64,000 nt of DNA from Mobula hypostoma. Lineage: Eukaryota. Positions 51,825 to 64,000 of this stretch are shown in pieces (positions within the stretch are counted from its first letter, which is position 1; each line of letters starts with the position of its first letter). Where the stretch lies: NCBI RefSeq assembly GCF_963921235.1, contig NC_086108.1, positions 4,092,001-4,156,000 of the forward strand, in the 5' to 3' direction. Made by a program: the position numbers and the translations under genes. The notes below the pieces were generated by a model. The model made no database searches, was not told where the DNA came from, and saw only the letters and a list, made by a program, of their open reading frames with translations.

Positions 51825-52180
51825 ATACAAGATTATGAGAGTCATAGATAGAGTAGTCAGGGGGTTGAAATATCTGATACCAGAGGGCATGCATTGAGGG
51901 TGAGAGGGGTAGGTTCAAGGGGGATGTGAGGGGTAAGTTTTTAACTCAGAGAGTGGTGGATGTCTGGAATGCGCTGACGTGTGGCGGTAGAGGCAAATAC
52001 ATTAGGTGCTTTTAAGAGATGGTTGGGTAGGCACGTAGGTCGTCAGGAAGATGGAGGGGTATGGACATTGTGTAGGTAGGAAAGACTAGTGCTTGGGGTT
52101 TTTAAATTTGCTTTTATAGCTGGCTCAGCACAACATTGTGGGCCGAATGGCCTGTTCCTGTGCTGTTAGTGTTCTATATT
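51825..52180 (+). mobile_element. CR1 LINE 3' fragment
   Basis: TRGHAL.VRG.RF.GDVRGKFLTQRVVDVWNAL; CR1 3' UTR gggccgaatggcctgttcctgtgctg. Confidence 0.8.
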
Positions 52181-52185
52181 CCAGG

Positions 52186-52500
52186 GGCAGCATGGTGGCA
52201 TAGTGGTTAGCCAACGCTTTACAGTACCAGCGACTTGGGTTCAGTTCCCTTTGCTGCCTGTAAGGGGTTTGTGCGTCGTTTCCCCCCCCCCCGATGACCG
52301 CGTGGGTTTCCTCCGGGTGCTCTGGTTTCCTCCCACAGTCCGAAGACGTGCGGGGTGGGGTTGGTGAGTTGTGGATGTGCTATGTTGTTGCTGGAAGTGT
52401 GGCAACACTTGCGGGCTGCCACCAGCAGAGCCTTTGCTGATTTAATTTGACACAAACGAAGCATTTCGATGTCCCTGTGACAAATAAATCTAATCTTTAA
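52186..52500 (+). mobile_element. V-SINE/HE1-like SINE (family A)
   Basis: tRNA head plus gcgtgggtttcctccgggtgctctggtttcctcccacagtcc core. Confidence 0.8.
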
Positions 52501-53434
52501 TCTTTGACTTACAAAGCCAGTTGAAATGTCACACACTTTAATTTGAAGTCAGGGCCACTCAGGAGGGAGATCAGGTGAAGTAATTACTGACTGATGGATT
52601 CTGGTAGCAGATATCTGGGTGTCTGGACATTCTTGTCCAGAGATTCAGGTGATGTCATCCTGAGATGTTGTAGCTCGTGTGTACTCCAGCTTATTGTCTG
52701 ACTTAACGTAAAGGGATATGATTTCTTTCGGTGCTCTTATCCCTGCTGGAAGGACTCTGTTAGAGCGTATTCTGGAGATGGGTTATACAGCAACCAATCT
52801 GAATGTGCACTGTCGATTAAAATGCAGCTCTGGGCAATAATTTCCTGGAGCTGCAGACTGGAGTTGATTACAAACCAGACAGTGTCGATTAACGTTCACT
52901 TCGGGTGTCTGGACTGGTGTGAAGACTATATGTAATTCAACGGAAGCATTGTAGATACATTGTAAATATAGAATTGTCCCTTGATCTTTAGCATAGAAAA
53001 TGCCATGTAGTGTTGGGCTGAGCCTGCCTCTTCCACTGAGAGTATCTCATTTTGTTGAATAAAACACTTCAGCATCTACCTGCTTCATTTTCTCTCTGGT
53101 GATTTGTACATGTCACAACAGACTCCTCTAAAAGAGCCAGAGAGCAGACTGCATCCATGAAAAGCATTAATGTTGACTTTGATCAATGTGACAACTGGGC
53201 CAGTGTGCTGGGAGATTGTCCCGCTGAATGAGGAATGGCTTTTTAATTCGAAATCCTCTTTGAAAAGGAAATTCCAACCTTTGTTCAGGAGCTGCAGTTG
53301 ATTTTTGTCCTCACCCTTTGCGAGTAGGGTGTGGAGTTCTGTATCAGAATCAGGTTTGATATCTGTGATGTATGTCATGTTGTTTCACAGCAGCAGTACA
53401 ATGCGATGCATAAGATATATTAGAAATAATAATA

Positions 53435-53945
53435 GTAAATGTGGCTCATCCACAATGTCCAACGATGACAGGAAGCCTATGCGGGGGAGTTTTTAAAGTG
53501 GAAAAGACGTTGCACTGGGGCAGTTCCACTCTCTCTTTACCTCAGAAGCCCGGGTCCAGTGGTGTGAACAAGCGTCACAAACTGGGGTTTCCTTGGTTAC
53601 AGTGGATGACCGTGACGTTGTCTGTGCCTCGTCATGCCCTTCGCTCTCCACGGAGCGTTACACTCCCACCTTCCCGGCTGTTGAGATCTGCTGAGATCCA
53701 TCACCCAGTCCGCTGGAGCTGCTGTCACATGCCGGGACGAGCACCTCCCTTTCTCACCGGGAGATGAGGCGCCGTTTAGCCGCCTGTCGAACTGGTGTAC
53801 CGGCACGCCGCCGCTGTCACCTGCAAACGGCTTCGTGGAACAACAAGTAGCAGAGTGCCTGGTGGGGACCAAAGGTGAGTGAGCTGCCCTGGAATGGACA
53901 CGGCAAGCCCCCTCACCGGAGGTGTGACCCCTCCCTGGACTCCTG
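53435..53945 (-). mobile_element. Probable RTE 5'-UTR-derived non-autonomous repeat
   Basis: GC-rich; minus strand ggtcatccactgtaaccaaggaaaccccag resembles RTE leaders; single copy in the window. Confidence 0.4.
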
Positions 53946-54724
53946 TGAAGACAGGTGTCTTCCCTCAGCTACTCCTTCCTGAAGTCCACCATCGATTTCT
54001 TGGTCTTACTGACATTGAGTGCACAGCCTTGGATGGAAACGTCAATGCACGGGAATGGAAAGTGGTGGATACAACCCAGTCCATCGCAGGCAAAACCCTC
54101 CTCACCATTCAGCACATCTACAAGGAGAGCCGCCACCAGAAAGCAGCATCCATCATCAGGGACCCCCACCATCCAGGCCATGCTCCCTTCTCACTGCTGC
54201 CATTGTGCAGGAGGTACAGGAACCTCAGGACCCACATCAGCAGGTTCAGGGACAGTTATTACCCCACAACCATCAGGCCACTGAACTGACGTAGATAACT
54301 TAACTCACATCAACTTTGTACTGTTTCTCAGTGTTATTTTGGTGTGTTTGCAGATTGTCATTTGTACATTGGTTGTTAGTCTTTTTTTATGTATGGTTTT
54401 TCATTTTTCCTGTAAATGCCTGCAAGGAAATGTATATGCACTTTGATAATGCGTTTACTTTGAACTGTAAAAGTCTCTGTCCCTTGAGACCAAAAGCAAC
54501 CTGCTTAGGAATGAATTCTTCACCTTCTGCTCACTTCAAAGCAACGCTGACAGGGAGCCAGCCAAAAGGAACTTTCTGAGTGACAGCACTGAGGCAGCTG
54601 GCTCCAGACCAGGGAGCAGGCTGTTACCGGCTGTGTCACTTGCCCAGGCAGTCTTGACTGAACGCGGGCTGACTCAGCAAAGGTCTTTCAGTTCCGGCAA
54701 CCAGCCTTCCCTTCCTGACCTCTG

Positions 54725-55320
54725 ATGAGTCGGTGGTGAGGAAGGCAAATGCAATGTTAGCATTCATTTCAAGAGGACTGGAATATAAAAGCGAGGATGT
54801 AATTTTGAGGCTTAATAAGGCACTGGTGAGGCCTCACTTGGAGTATTGTCAGTACTTAACTTGGAGGATATGTGCTTGTTTTGGAGAGGGTTCAAAGGAG
54901 ATTTATGAAGATGATTACAGGATGGAAAGGCTTGTCATATGAGGAGCATTTGATAGCTCTGAGCCTGTGCTCGCTGGAGTTTGGGGGGGGGGGACCTCAT
55001 TGAAAACCTATTGAATGTTGAAAGGACTCGATAGAGTGGATGTGGAGACGATGTTTCCTATGGCAGGGGAGTCAAAGACCAGTAGGCACAGCCTCAGAAA
55101 AGGGGGACATCCATTTAGAACAGAGATGAGGAGAGTGGTGGATCTGTGGAATTCATTGCCGCAGGTGGCTGTGGAGGCCACTTCATCGGGTATATTGGGT
55201 TGATAGATTCTTCGTTAGTCAGGAGATTGGGGCAGGAAATGGATTAGCCATGATGAAATGGCAGAGCAGACTACATGGGCCAAATAACCTAATTCTGCTC
55301 CTGTTTGTTCTGGTCTTTAA
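54725..55320 (+). mobile_element. CR1 LINE 3' fragment
   Basis: VRKANAMLAFISRGLEYKS.DVILRL.KALVRPHLEYC; VVDLWNSLPQ. Confidence 0.88.
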
Positions 55321-55764
55321 AAACTTGTATCCTGTTCATGCAGATTGAAACATCTCAGTGCATTGAGGTAGAACAAGGTAAAACAAAAACAATGCAGATT
55401 AAAGTGTAAAAGCCACAAAGAGAGAGCCGTGCAGGTAATCGATAAAGTGCAAGATTCTAATGAGGAGATCTGTGAGGTCCGACGTTCACCTCATTGTACA
55501 AGAGGTTCAAGTGTCTAATAACAGTCCTTGAGCCTGGTGGTATGTGCTTGTGGGCTTTTGTATCTTCTGCCCGATGGGAGAAGAGGGAATGTGCGGGGAG
55601 GATGGGGTCTTCGATTGTGCTGCCCGCTTTCCTGGGGTGGTGAGAAGTGTAGACGGAGTCCGTAGAGGGGAGGATGTTCCTGGGTGCCCAGCGGGGTCCA
55701 CAACCCTTTGCAGCTTCTTGTGGTCACTTTCATGGGCGGTGACCTTGCTTCACGTGTCGGTTGA

Positions 55765-56470
55765 ATCGGAATCAGGTTTAATATCACTGGCATATGTTGT
55801 GAAATTTGTTAGTGATGCATGAGAAATAAATGTAGAGAATAAAACTGAGTTACATTAAGTATATAAATGTCTATTAAAAAATAAGTAGTGCAAAAACCCT
55901 AGAAATAAAAACAAGTAGAGAGGTAGCGTTCATGGGTTCATTCCGAAATCGGATGGCAGAGGGGAAGAAGCTGTTCCTGAATTGCTGAGTATGTGTCTTC
56001 AGGCCCCTGTACCTCCTTCCTGATGGTTGCAATCAGGAGAGGGCATGACCTGGGTGGTGGGGGTCCTTAATGATGGACACCACCTTCCTAAGGCACTGGT
56101 CCTCGAAGATGTCTTCGATACTAGGGAGGCAAGTACCCATGATGGGGCTGACTGCTGTTACAAGTTTCTGAAACTCACTGCAACCTTGTGCAGTAGATTG
56201 GTGATGCAGCCAGTCAGGTTACTCCAAAGTATATTCGTATAAGTTTTCAGGTGTTTCAGTTGACAAACCAAATCTCCTAAAGCTCCTAATCAAATATAGC
56301 TGCTGCCTTGCCTTCTTTATAGCTTCATCGATAAGTTGGGACCGGGTTAGGTTCTCAGAGATATTGACAGCCAGGAAATTGAAATTGCTCACTCTCTCCA
56401 CTTCTGATCCCTCTGTGAGGATTGGTATGTATTCCCTCGCCTTACCCTTCCCGAGGTCCACAGTCAGCCT
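55765..56470 (-). mobile_element. Rex1/Babar-like LINE 3' fragment
   Basis: VERVSNFNFLAVNISENL...KKARQQLYLIRSFRRFG; (GATTC)-type tail. Confidence 0.75.
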
Positions 56471-57904
56471 GCCGAATGTATACACAACATACACCTGCCG
56501 AAACCTTGGGCCAGATGGAACCAGTGGGGCCCGGGCCTGGGCCCGAGAGTGGAAAATGAACTGATCTTTTGCTGATTGAAGTGTCGGGCCTCCAGGTATC
56601 AGGGCTGAGGTGAGAACAAATGATGTTCAGCTTTACTCACCTCAGCACTGAACCGACTCTGCAGGTGCCCTGCAACCGTGGGCACTGGCTGTACTGCTGA
56701 ATTGGGTCTGCCAGCGGGGTCTCTGCCAGCGGGGGCCTCGCCGCCGAGGTCTCTGCCCTGTATTACTTGTTGACATTTTTATCGTTTGCAGGATTTGCTG
56801 TTTCGTACATTGAATGTTTGACCGTCTCTGTGCTATGGGGTATCTCATCGGTTGTATTGTGTTTCTTTGTTTTGCGGCTGCCGACATGAAGATGAATCTC
56901 AAGGTTGTACATGGCGTACACGCAGCCCTGTATGGGCATTGTGGTAGTGTAGTGGTCAGCGTGACCCTGTTGCAGCTCGGGCCGTCGAAGTTCACAGTTC
57001 AATTCCAAAGAAATCGGTAAGGAGTCTGTATGTCCTCGCCTCGCCTTGGAATGTGTGGGTTTTCGCCAGCACTCTGGTCTTCGCCCACATTTCCAGGGCG
57101 TACTGGTTGGTAGGTTAATTTGTCATTGTAATTTGTCCTGTCATTAGGCTAGGAAGTGGTTAACGGTGCAGAAATGTCCTCCCTGCTTCAGTCTTGGTCA
57201 ACACTCAACACAGAAGATAGAACGTGAGCTGGCACCGTGACATAGTGGTCAGTACAGAGCTTCACAGGACCGGCGACCCAGGTTCGGTTCCCACCACTGC
57301 CTGTCAGGAGTTTGTACGTTCTCCCTGTGACCCCGTGGGCTTCCACTGGGTGGTCTGGTTTCCTTTCAAAGATGTACTGGTTAGTAGCTTAACTGGTCAT
57401 TGTAAATTGTCCCATGGTTGGGCTGGGATTAAATCGGAGTGGTTGTTTGACGGCTGAAAGGGCTGGAGGGCTTATTCCATGTTGCGTCTCAATAAGTAAA
57501 GGGTCTTTGAATTCTTTGCAGTTGTTCTTGAGTGATACAGTCCCAACTCGTCCATGCCATGCTCTGAATGCAATTGCTTGCTTTTACTGTTTGCATGAAG
57601 AGTGGTTTTTTCCCCTCACTCTGCACATTGGGTGTTTGCTGGTGTTTTTTTTAGAGTTTCTTTCGGGTTTCTTGTTTCGTGGCTGCCTGTAAGGTTGTAT
57701 AATGTATATGCACTTTGATAACAAATGTACTTTGAACTTTGTGCCAAACGTGATCCAAGCTGGTCCCATTTGCAGGCATCCCTCCAAAAACTTTACTATC
57801 CATGTAGATGTCCAAACCTCTTTCTAACATTATTTGTCCTCGCCTCTACAGCTTCCTGTGGCAGCTTTACCCACAAAGTGTCAAAGTAACCATGTCACCA
57901 TATT

Positions 57905-58452
57905 CTGAGGCCTCTGTTGGTCATGGATGTTGTATCCTATCTGTCTAGATATGCAAACCAGGGTAATACGATACGGAGAGCAAGCTGTACCCTTGTAGCC
58001 AGCTCCCCCTCTCCGTGAATCTGATGAACCCAAAGAATGGCAGAGACCGATACAGTTTGGCAACAGCAGTGTTGCAGGATTTGCCAGTCAGGGTTGAACT
58101 CCATGTAGGACTGCCTTAGAGACTCCAGCTCCAGAGTTTTCCCTTGGCATTTACTCCCGAAAGCTTCCCCGTGAGTGGGTACAGCTGCAAGGCAGCGGAG
58201 GTTTGAGGTCAGTGTTTTCCTTCTGCTAGATGAGTTGCCAACCACGGCTGACGAGCCTCATCTGCCCGAAGCGACTTGTGTTTGAAGGTGCCAGTAACCC
58301 ACCTTTGCCCCTTCTCCTGTCAGCAGAAACGGTTCCGCCACACCTGGGGGCCAGGAGCTGGGCGTGGTTGTCAGAGACTATTTGAGTGCACACCATTGGG
58401 CTATTTAAAAGGTAGTGGGAATTTGTCCCATTACCACCCGCGACTATAACCT
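57905..58452 (-). mobile_element. Family D RTE-like repeat
   Basis: Reverse complement of 5965-6530. Confidence 0.7.
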
Positions 58453-58631
58453 TAAGGAACCATATATTGCCTTGAGATCTGCTTTCTTGCAGATAGTTAC
58501 AAAAAAATAAAGAAATACAATAAAACTTATGAGGTCAACCCCTCACCTCAACATATCAGGAATAGAAGGTTCTCTCTCTCTCTGCCTGTGTGTGTGTATC
58601 CCTCTGTGTCCATGTGTGTGTGCGTGCATAT

Positions 58632-58663
<32 letters not shown>

Positions 58664-59898
58664 CTGTCTGTCTGTCTGTCTCTGGTGCTGAGGGGAGAGT
58701 CTGCTGGTCCTCGAGTCGATGAGCTTGCATAAGTGTTGCTGCAGACTGTAATGCGGAAACAGCAAGCTGCTTCCCCTCTCGCTGTGGAAGGGATGAAAGG
58801 GATGACACCTCTCTCTCCCTCTCCTTTGTTTGGAGAGGGAAGTGTTGGGTTAAGGGCTGTTGTTTTTGATGAACTGTAGATCATGGTCTCCAGGGGGCTT
58901 TGGTATCGTTTGCTTGGTGGGTGTTGGGGGGATTGATGCTTCCCGCTGGGACAAATGGGAGGTTAGGGGAGGGGGAGGGGGTTTGGAATTCTGACGTTTT
59001 CCTGGCATTCATTCTTTGGGGTTTTCTTCTGCTTCATGGATGTCAGTGAAGACTAAGAATTTCAGGTTGTATACTGTATGCAGTCTCTGATAGTAAATTG
59101 TCTGTAAAGAGTAAGAATTTCAGGTTGTATACTGTATACAGTCTCTGATAGTAAATTGTCTGTAAGAATTTCAGGTTGTGTACTGAATACTTTCTATGAT
59201 ATTAAATTGAACCATTCACCTCGAGCTCTTCAGTCCCAGAAACATCCTTGTGGAGGGTCTCTGCCTGAAATGTTGACGGTTTGTTCATCTCCATGAATAC
59301 TGCTTGACCTCCTGAGTTCCTCCAGCATTCTGTCTGTGTTGCTCTAGATTTCCAGCATTTGCCGAATCTCTTAGCACACTCAAACTGCTGGAGGAACTCG
59401 GTAGATCAGACAGCATCTATGGAGAGTCAGTGTTTCAGGCTGTGACCCATCTTAAGAGTTTGGACAGAATCTTCCTGCAGGGTCCCTTGTGTTTCTAGTA
59501 TCCTCGTAAATCTCTGCCAACTTACTGACATCTTTCCTCTTGCTGGAGACACCAATGCCTTGAATGGAAATTCCTGCAAAAAGTAATGGACACGGCCCAG
59601 TCCATCATGGGTAAAGCCCTCCATGCCAATGAGCACATCTACGTGAACTGCTGTGGCAGGACAGCAGCGTCCATCATCCAGGACCCCCACCACCCCGGGC
59701 ATGCTCTCCTCACGGCTGTCATCAGGAGCCTCAGGACCACACCACCAGCTTCAGGAACAGTTTTCACTCCTCAGCCATCAGCACGAGCTCATCTTCACTT
59801 GTTCCATCATTGAAATGTTCCCTCAGGCTATGGACTCTTCATCTCACACGCTGAATATTTCAAAGTTCAAAGTAAGATTCATTATCAGAGTACATATA

Positions 59899-60494
59899 CG
59901 AGGGGTGATTGATAAGTTTGTGGCCTAAGGCAGAAGGAGTCAATTTTAGAAAACCTAGCACATTTATTTTTCAACATAGACCTCTCCTACATGTACACAC
60001 TTAGTCCAGCGGTCGTGGAGCATACGGATCCCTTCCTTCGAGAAGTGGTCCACAGCAGGGGTGATTGATACGTTCGTGGCCTGAGGTAGAAGGCGATGAG
60101 TTATTAACTTCAAACTTTCTGCATGATCACTCAGAGTCGAACTGCACGTGCATGTAACAAGAGCGTCTTGGATCTCCAGGTGGTCCACAGCAGGGGTGAT
60201 GGATACGTTCGTGGCCTACAGTAGAAGGAGATGAGTTGTACAGCTCTCGTTACATGCACGTGCAGTTCAACTCTGAGTGATAATGCAGAAAGTTTGAACT
60301 TGACAACTCATCTCCTACTTCCTTAGGCCACAAACTTATCAATCACCCCTGCTGTGGACCACTTCTCGAAGGAAGGGATCCGTATGCTCCACCACCGCTG
60401 GACTAAGTGTATAAATGTAGGAAAAATAAATGTGCTAGGTTTTCTAAAATTGAGTCCTTCTACCTTAGGTCACACACTTATCAATCACTCCTTG
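59899..60494. mobile_element. Mariner-derived foldback MITE with ~260-bp inverted arms
   Basis: TA-cgaggggtgattgataag...cttatcaatcactccttg-TA; both arms encode the mariner C-terminal remnant FSKEGIRMLH.RWTKC. Confidence 0.85.
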
Positions 60495-60832
60495 TATGTC
60501 TCCAAATACAACCTTGAGATTCTTTTTCTGTGGGCATACTTAGCAAATCTATAGACTGGTAACTGTAAACATCAGAAACTATGAACTGTAAACTGAGCAA
60601 ATGCAGATATGAATAAATAGCTATAAATACTGAGCATGAAATAACAATATGACAGAGTCCTTAAATGAGTGTAGCTATCCCCTTTGAGTTCAAGATCCTG
60701 ATGGTTGAGGGGTAGTAACTGTTCCTGAACCTGGTGGTGCGAGTCCTGAGGCTCCTCACTTTCTACTTGATGGCAGCAGTGAGAAGAGATCATGGTCTGG
60801 GTGGTGGCCATCTTTGATGGATGCTGCTTTTC

Positions 60833-61738
60833 TAGTCATAGTCATAGTCATACTTTATTGATCCCGGGGGAAATTGGCTTTTGTTACAGTTGCACCATAA
60901 ATAATTAAATAGTAATAAAACCATAAATAGTTAAATAATAATATGTAAATTATGCCAGTAAATTATGAAATAAGTCCAGGACCAGCCTATTGGCTCAGGG
61001 TGTCTGACCTTCCAAGGGAGGAGTTGTAAAGTTTGATGGCCACAGGCAGGAATGACTTCCTATGACGCTCTGTGTTGCATCTCGGTGGAATGAGTCTCTG
61101 GCTGAATGTACTCCTGTGCCCAACCAGTACATTATGTAGTGGATGGGAGACATTGACCAAGATGGCATGCAACTTAGACAGCATCCTCTTTTCAGACACC
61201 ATCGTCAGAGAGTCCAGTTCCATCTCCACAACATCACTGCCCTTATGAATGAGTTTGTTGATTCTGTTGGTGTCTGCTACCCTCAGCCTGCTGCCCCAGC
61301 ACACAACAGCAAACATGATAGCACTGGCCACCACAGACTCGTAGAACATCCTCAGCATTGTCCGGCAGATGTTAAAGGACCTCAGTCTCCTCAGGAAATA
61401 GAGATGGCTCTGACCCTTCTTGTAGACAGCCTCAGTGTTCTTTGACCAGTCCAGTTTATTGTCAATTCGTATCCCCAGGTATTTGTAATCCTCCACCATG
61501 TCCACACTGACCCCCTGGATGGAAACAGGGGTCACCGGTACCTTAGCTGTCCTCAGGTCTACCACCAGCTCCTTAGTCTTTTTCACATTAAGCTGCAGAT
61601 AATTCTACTCACACCATGTGACAAAGTTTCCTACCGTAGCCCTGTACTCAGCCTCATCTCCCTTGCTGATGCATCCAACTATGGCAGAGTCATCCGAAAA
61701 CTTCTGAAGATGACAAGCCTCTGTGCAGTAGTTGAAGT
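60833..61738 (-). mobile_element. Young Rex1/Babar-like LINE, near-identical to 33020-34065
   Basis: ORFs 60987-61586 and 61605-61850 match ORF 33156-34064 almost residue for residue; (GACTAT)n tail. Confidence 0.9.
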
Positions 61739-62557
61739 CTATGGTAATGTTTTGTGTAAATGTGCTCAATGGTTGGGAGGTTTTACCCATGATGGACTGA
61801 GAGAAATCCACCACCCTTAGTAGGATTTTCCATTCAAAGTGATGCACCACACATCTATAGAAGTTTGTTGAGGTTTTATTTATCGCTTTATTTATTTATT
61901 ATTATTTCTTTGTTTGCATTTGCACCGTTTGTTGTCTTCTGCAGACTGGTTGAACGTCCAAGTAGGTGTGGTCTTTCATTGATAATGTTATGCTTATTAT
62001 TCTATAGGTTTTTTGAGTATGCCCACAAGAAAATGAATCTCAGGTTCGATTACAGTGACAGTAAATTTACTTTGAACCACTGTGGCCAACCTAAGAGCTC
62101 TGAGGAAAATGTCTCCCCCGCTCACTGCCTGTCGGGTTAGAGGGGGGCTTTCAGAGGGGGAAAGGGTCCACAGAGATGGGACGTGTAGTGTGGCTTGTAC
62201 AGACTCTGCACCTGCCCACGCGAGCGTGCTGCGGCCTTTTCCTGTGCTGTCAGAGCTGGGAGCAGGGCGGCAGCTGAGGAAACAATTGCGTGCCGATTGT
62301 TTGTCATCGGATCACCTTTCCCCGCTCCTGCCCTGCGCACACAATTCCCTGTATATTTTGGGAGGGTGGGCTGGACACAGCTGGTGTTGGCACCGTCTGG
62401 AGCAGCTGCTCGCTCCCCAACAGCCTGTCAACTTAGACACAGCACCCTCTGACGCCTTTATTTTCTGTGTCTGTCTGTCTGTCTTCCTGTGTCTGTTAGT
62501 CTCATTGTCTGTCTCTCTGTATATCTGTGTCTCTCTCACCCTCTGAATGCCTGCCTT

Positions 62558-62608
<51 letters not shown>

Positions 62609-63577
62609 CACATAGACTCACTCACTCACACCCCTGTACGTCTGTCTGTCCCCTCTACCCCCCCTCTCCCCACCCCCCCATGTTGTCATCACCTGGCTGG
62701 CCGCTCCATGACCCCCCGTCCCAGTGGGTGTGTGCTGTGGTCTGTGGGTCAGCAATATATGACACTTTGGTTCTGCTGGAGCCTATTGTACGGCTGCTGA
62801 CGAGAGTCTCGTGTGTGCAGGAGGGTGGGGTGTGGGCAGCAGGCTCTCCCACCACACCATTGTGGACGACACATGATCAGGGTCCCCCAAAACAAAGGGT
62901 CCAAAGTCATTTATATTAATTATTTCAAAGCAACCGAACAAAAAAGTTCTTACTGACCATCTGTGGTCTTGTTAGTGTAAGTTTTCAACAGAAGCCTTTC
63001 GGGACCAGCTGTGTGACTGCTTTGTGAAGCCTGTGTCCGACCAGGGGAGAATGCCGAGTACAAATGGCGATGTTAATATTGCCCAGTTGGTCCTGTTGTC
63101 CAGCAAGTCCTGACGGCAAGATTTCAGAATCGGCTTTATTATCCCTGACATACTGTATATTTTGTGTCTATTAACACGAGGTTCTGCAGATGCTAGAAAT
63201 CCAGAGAACACACAAACATAAAATGCTGGAGGAACTCAGCAGGCCAGGCAGCATCAATGGAGGGGAATAAACAGTGGAGCTTCTTGTCTTCATCGGATCC
63301 TGACTTGGCCTGAAGAGTTGGCTCTCCACAGATGCTGCCCAACCTGCTGAGTTCCTCTAGCAATTTGTGTGTGTGTGAATGTTACCCATGAAGTTTGTGG
63401 AGCTTATTTGCGACAGCAATATAGGGAAATCCATTAAAAAGTAATATAAAAGAATAGTTCAAAAAGTGAGCAAAATAGTGGATTAGTGTTCATGAACCAT
63501 TCAGAAATCTGATAGCGGCGGGGAAGGTGTTCCTGAAATGTTGAGTGTGTGTCTTCCAGCTCCTGTACCTCCTCCCG

Positions 63578-63950
63578 TGGGTGGTGGGGTGGAGATGCGT
63601 CTCTGCCAAAAGAGGAGTTAGGTGCTTCTTCACTCCACTAGCCTGCAGGTCACCCTTGGGCAAGGCGTAGCACCTGCTTAGGCCCCCCCACCAGTCAGGG
63701 TCACGTGAAGCCACAGGAGCAGGTGGTGGATGGTCGTATGAGCAGCCGGTGCATAGCACAAGTCCTGGTTATGTGACCACTGGTGCCAGGCAGAGTATTG
63801 ATAATGGCTGGGGTCACCCATCTTGTAAAGGCACTGCCCAGAAGAAGCCAATGGCAAACCAGTTCTGTAGAAAAATCTGCCAAGAGCAATCATGGTCATA
63901 GAGAGACCATGGTCACCCATGTCATACAACATGGCACGTAACGACGATGT
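63578..63950 (+). mobile_element. RTE-related SINE (family B)
   Basis: Same sequence as 3135-3542. Confidence 0.75.
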
Positions 63951-64000
63951 CATCTGTCACAGCATGTAACGATGATAGTGTCAATAGACAATAGGTGCAG

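Noticed and set aside
53815..53945. HDV-like fold at the 5' end of the 53.4-53.9 kb repeat (minus strand)
   Set aside because: Partial pairings (UCACCU/AGGUGA, UGG/CCA), but no convincing J4/2 or P1.1 in this single copy

Overview
Eukaryotic, repeat-dominated vertebrate DNA. It is most likely a cartilaginous fish (shark/ray), inferred from HE1/V-SINE-like tRNA SINEs, abundant CR1 and Rex1-like LINE tails and Penelope pLTRs. I could not recognise any complete host protein-coding gene. The main host feature is a CpG-island promoter at about 18.15-18.3 kb (three CCAAT boxes, tandem GC boxes). It is followed by an ATG-free first exon ending at a GTAAGT donor (18539), so most of 18.5-64 kb is probably a long intron of an unidentified + strand gene. 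Two weak candidate exons of an upstream gene lie at 1081-1201 and 6842-6882. The rest is nested retroelement fragments (CR1, L2, Rex1/Babar, RTE, R4/Dong, Penelope), several SINE families, Harbinger/mariner/Tc1-derived non-autonomous elements and tandem repeats. Most interesting observations: minimal hammerhead ribozyme motifs in Penelope-like terminal repeats, an HDV-like ribozyme candidate in an RTE-derived repeat, a Dong/R4 element sitting in a (TAA)n tract, and composite or foldback MITEs. All family calls come from visual motif recognition, not database searches, and most boundaries are approximate.
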